64,000 nt of DNA from a virus. Positions 62,187-64,000 of this stretch are shown piece by piece; within the stretch, counting starts at the first letter, position 1; each line of letters begins with the position of its first letter. The stretch is taken from positions 1 through 64,000 of IMG/VR virus record IMGVR_UViG_3300030106_005394. The stretch is one strand, 5' to 3'. The notes below the pieces were generated by a model. The model was not told the DNA's origin. It made no database searches and was given only the letters and a program-made list of their open reading frames with translations. The position numbers and the translations under genes were made by a program.

Positions 62187-62317
62187 TGCCTCACTCTGCC
62201 TACGGCATTGTCGCCACCTATATCTAGGGCGATGCTACCGCAGACAGACTTACCTAGGTACATAGAGTGCCTACTGTCGATTATTTTGAGTTTATTCTTA
62301 CACTTGGGGCAGTACAT
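62105..62317 (-). CDS. NrdR-N-like zinc-ribbon protein
   Basis: MYCPKC...IIDSR...RVRHCPKCNARYYSVE. Confidence 0.78.
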   Translation of the reverse strand: MYCPKCKNKLKIIDSRHSMYLGKSVCGSIALDIGGDNAVGRVRHCPKCNARYYSVETLEIEKKAKEDKWL

Positions 62318-62320
62318 AAC

Positions 62321-62767
62321 TTAGTCTTCAAACACGAACCTGAGTATCTTCATGCAGTTCTCTTCGTCCTGCAGTTTATTATACAGGTCGTCGTTTTCCT
62401 TTAGGTAGTCATCAACCCCCTTGTCAACCCTTTCAATGATCTTATACATTTCCTCCTCTTCGAATGGAAACGATATGAGCATTGGGCCAACTTCGTAGTC
62501 GTGACCTTCAATGATTGAGCCAACAAGAAGCCCAATACACTTTGATGGGCGAACGCCATTCCATACTTGCTTGACCCATTGTACCCAAGGCCATCTACAA
62601 GTATGAGGCGCCCTAGCTAGTGGGTCTTCGTAGCATAACTCCTTTCCGTTTTGGAAACGGAAGGCGACCCAAGGGCCGCAATCCGTGTATTTGTATATAG
62701 CTCTACCGAAGTGAGCCATAGAGTGGAAGTCTCCACTTATTAGTTGTGGTAGGTTATGTATTATCAT
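62321..62767 (-). CDS. Hypothetical early protein
   Basis: 148 aa ORF. Confidence 0.7.
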   Translation of the reverse strand: MIIHNLPQLISGDFHSMAHFGRAIYKYTDCGPWVAFRFQNGKELCYEDPLARAPHTCRWPWVQWVKQVWNGVRPSKCIGLLVGSIIEGHDYEVGPMLISFPFEEEEMYKIIERVDKGVDDYLKENDDLYNKLQDEENCMKILRFVFED

Positions 62768-63036
62768 CGTAGTGATATTTGCCTCTCTATCATTAGTATA
62801 TGTTTTTTACGTATGTTTGTTACCATCTTGCACTTGCTGAACCATTCAGGGTCTGCGGCTATGCCTGTCTCCCTGAACTTCTTCATTGCTCCATTTAGCT
62901 TATCCTGAGCACCATCATGTATGTACTTGATCTCGCTCAGCAACTCCCTTAGGTCCTCGATGTCAAGGCTCCTGATTTCGTAGAGGAATTCACCATCGGA
63001 ATACTTTCCTTTCGATATTTCCTTTACTCGGTCCAT
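62764..63036 (-). CDS. Hypothetical early protein
   Basis: 90 aa helical ORF. Confidence 0.65.
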   Translation of the reverse strand: MDRVKEISKGKYSDGEFLYEIRSLDIEDLRELLSEIKYIHDGAQDKLNGAMKKFRETGIAADPEWFSKCKMVTNIRKKHILMIERQISLR

Positions 63037-63254
63037 GACCAGTCCTTACTGCTTACTATCATTGATAGGTTAGTGCCCTTTAGTTCTGCAATTAAGTCCC
63101 CATCTTTATGGTGCTTATATGTAACTACTGGCTTCATATCTATGTGAGGATTTAGCTGGTGGTACAGGATTTGGAGCTTTGACCACTTATCCAATACCTC
63201 CTTCGATACTTGTATTTGTGGTTCTTCGTCTTCTGAGTGATTAACTATGTACAT
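63024..63254 (-). CDS. Hypothetical early protein
   Basis: 76 aa ORF overlapping the recombinase stop. Confidence 0.65.
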   Translation of the reverse strand: MYIVNHSEDEEPQIQVSKEVLDKWSKLQILYHQLNPHIDMKPVVTYKHHKDGDLIAELKGTNLSMIVSSKDWSWTE

Positions 63255-64000
63255 GATTGTAACCTTCTGTGGTCGATGTGTCTGAGTGGCCTACATATCG
63301 GCCTATGTCTGTGATTGATAAGCCCATGCCAGCCAGCCTAGTCACAAAGCTGTGACGTAGGCTATGGAATGAGCGGCCTTCTATGCCGTACTCCTTGAGT
63401 AGCTTGCTGAATTTGGATGACAGTCTAGCTCTAGCTTTTGGGTACTCAACGGTAGCCCTTTGCCTAGGGAAGCAGAACACATCGTCCTCCTTCTCTATCT
63501 CCTCTAGATACTGACATAGCTTGCCAAGTCCAGTTGCTATATGGCCCAGTGGGAGAGACACACGCTTATCCCTCTTCTGTGTCCACACGACCATATGCGT
63601 ATCGGATATGGAGTTCCACTCCAAACAGCATATATCGCTCAACCTTAAGCCAGTATACCAGCTTATAGCGGTCGCCTGTCTATAGAAGTAAGGCGCGTGA
63701 TCTATGACATACTGTACCTCCGTTTCAGTGAAGGGCCTCACATTGCGACCCTCGCGCTGACTGTGGTTTAGTATGCGCTTGTTCACCTTAACTATATCGG
63801 CTGGATTTGTACTACAGTAACCCTTACCCTTTGCGTAAGCAAAGAACGCCTTGATTGCTGCAAGGGTGAAGTTCTTCGTAGAAACGGACTTGCCGTCATC
63901 CGCATTAACCCAAGCATTGATAATCTCTGGCGTTACAGCCGTTATCGACTTAAGCTTGCGCTCCTTGATGAACTTCTCCACGTACTTGCCTTGGGAGTAT
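63241..64000 (-). CDS. Tyrosine recombinase / integrase (N-terminus probably beyond the window edge)
   Basis: TGLRLSD (R), TQK (K), FHSLRH (HxxR), VGHS, EGY catalytic set. Confidence 0.95.
   Translation of the reverse strand, partial: YSQGKYVEKFIKERKLKSITAVTPEIINAWVNADDGKSVSTKNFTLAAIKAFFAYAKGKGYCSTNPADIVKVNKRILNHSQREGRNVRPFTETEVQYVIDHAPYFYRQATAISWYTGLRLSDICCLEWNSISDTHMVVWTQKRDKRVSLPLGHIATGLGKLCQYLEEIEKEDDVFCFPRQRATVEYPKARARLSSKFSKLLKEYGIEGRSFHSLRHSFVTRLAGMGLSITDIGRYVGHSDTSTTEGYNHVHS

Larger units (their letters stand above)
1..64000. mobile_element. Tailed dsDNA phage genome (podovirus-like, likely temperate)
   Basis: TerL-portal-scaffold-capsid order, tail and ejection genes with no sheath or tape-measure cassette, lambdoid-like replication module, tyrosine recombinase, dense overlapping ORFs, no host housekeeping genes. 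Confidence 0.97.

Noticed and set aside
1-64000. tRNA genes, CRISPR arrays, diversity-generating retroelement, recoded stop codons
   Set aside because: No cloverleaf, regular repeat-spacer array or reverse transcriptase seen by eye; genes are intact in the standard code. tRNAscan/Infernal were not run.

Overview
The whole window is a tailed dsDNA bacteriophage genome with podovirus-like organisation. It is probably temperate and probably nearly complete: the minus-strand early regions at both window edges look like one block joined outside the window. Layout: (i) minus-strand early genes at 1-4700 and 60600-64000 (thioredoxin-like, DenV-like glycosylase, YodL-like, NrdR-type Zn ribbon, tyrosine recombinase); (ii) a plus-strand block at 4976-9696 (low-complexity putative virion proteins, MscS-like protein, HNH); (iii) a minus-strand replication/recombination operon at 9671-16800 (Erf, PD-(D/E)XK exonuclease, DUF932, RusA, HTH initiator with internal iterons, DnaB, SSB); (iv) a plus-strand morphogenesis region at 17040-60558 (terminase, portal, scaffold, capsid, tail, ejection proteins, a 5699-aa giant protein, a u-spanin-like lipoprotein, Lys-rich miniproteins). 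The most striking signals are non-coding: a bipartite motif AGGAGGGAACC-N5-CAAGGA repeated four times ahead of early genes; a terminator-type hairpin whose 15-nt loop is complementary in trans to the initiator ribosome-binding region; two tandem H-type pseudoknots; and a structured ncRNA candidate bounded by a promoter and a terminator. All protein assignments come from motif recognition and gene order by eye; no database search was run.
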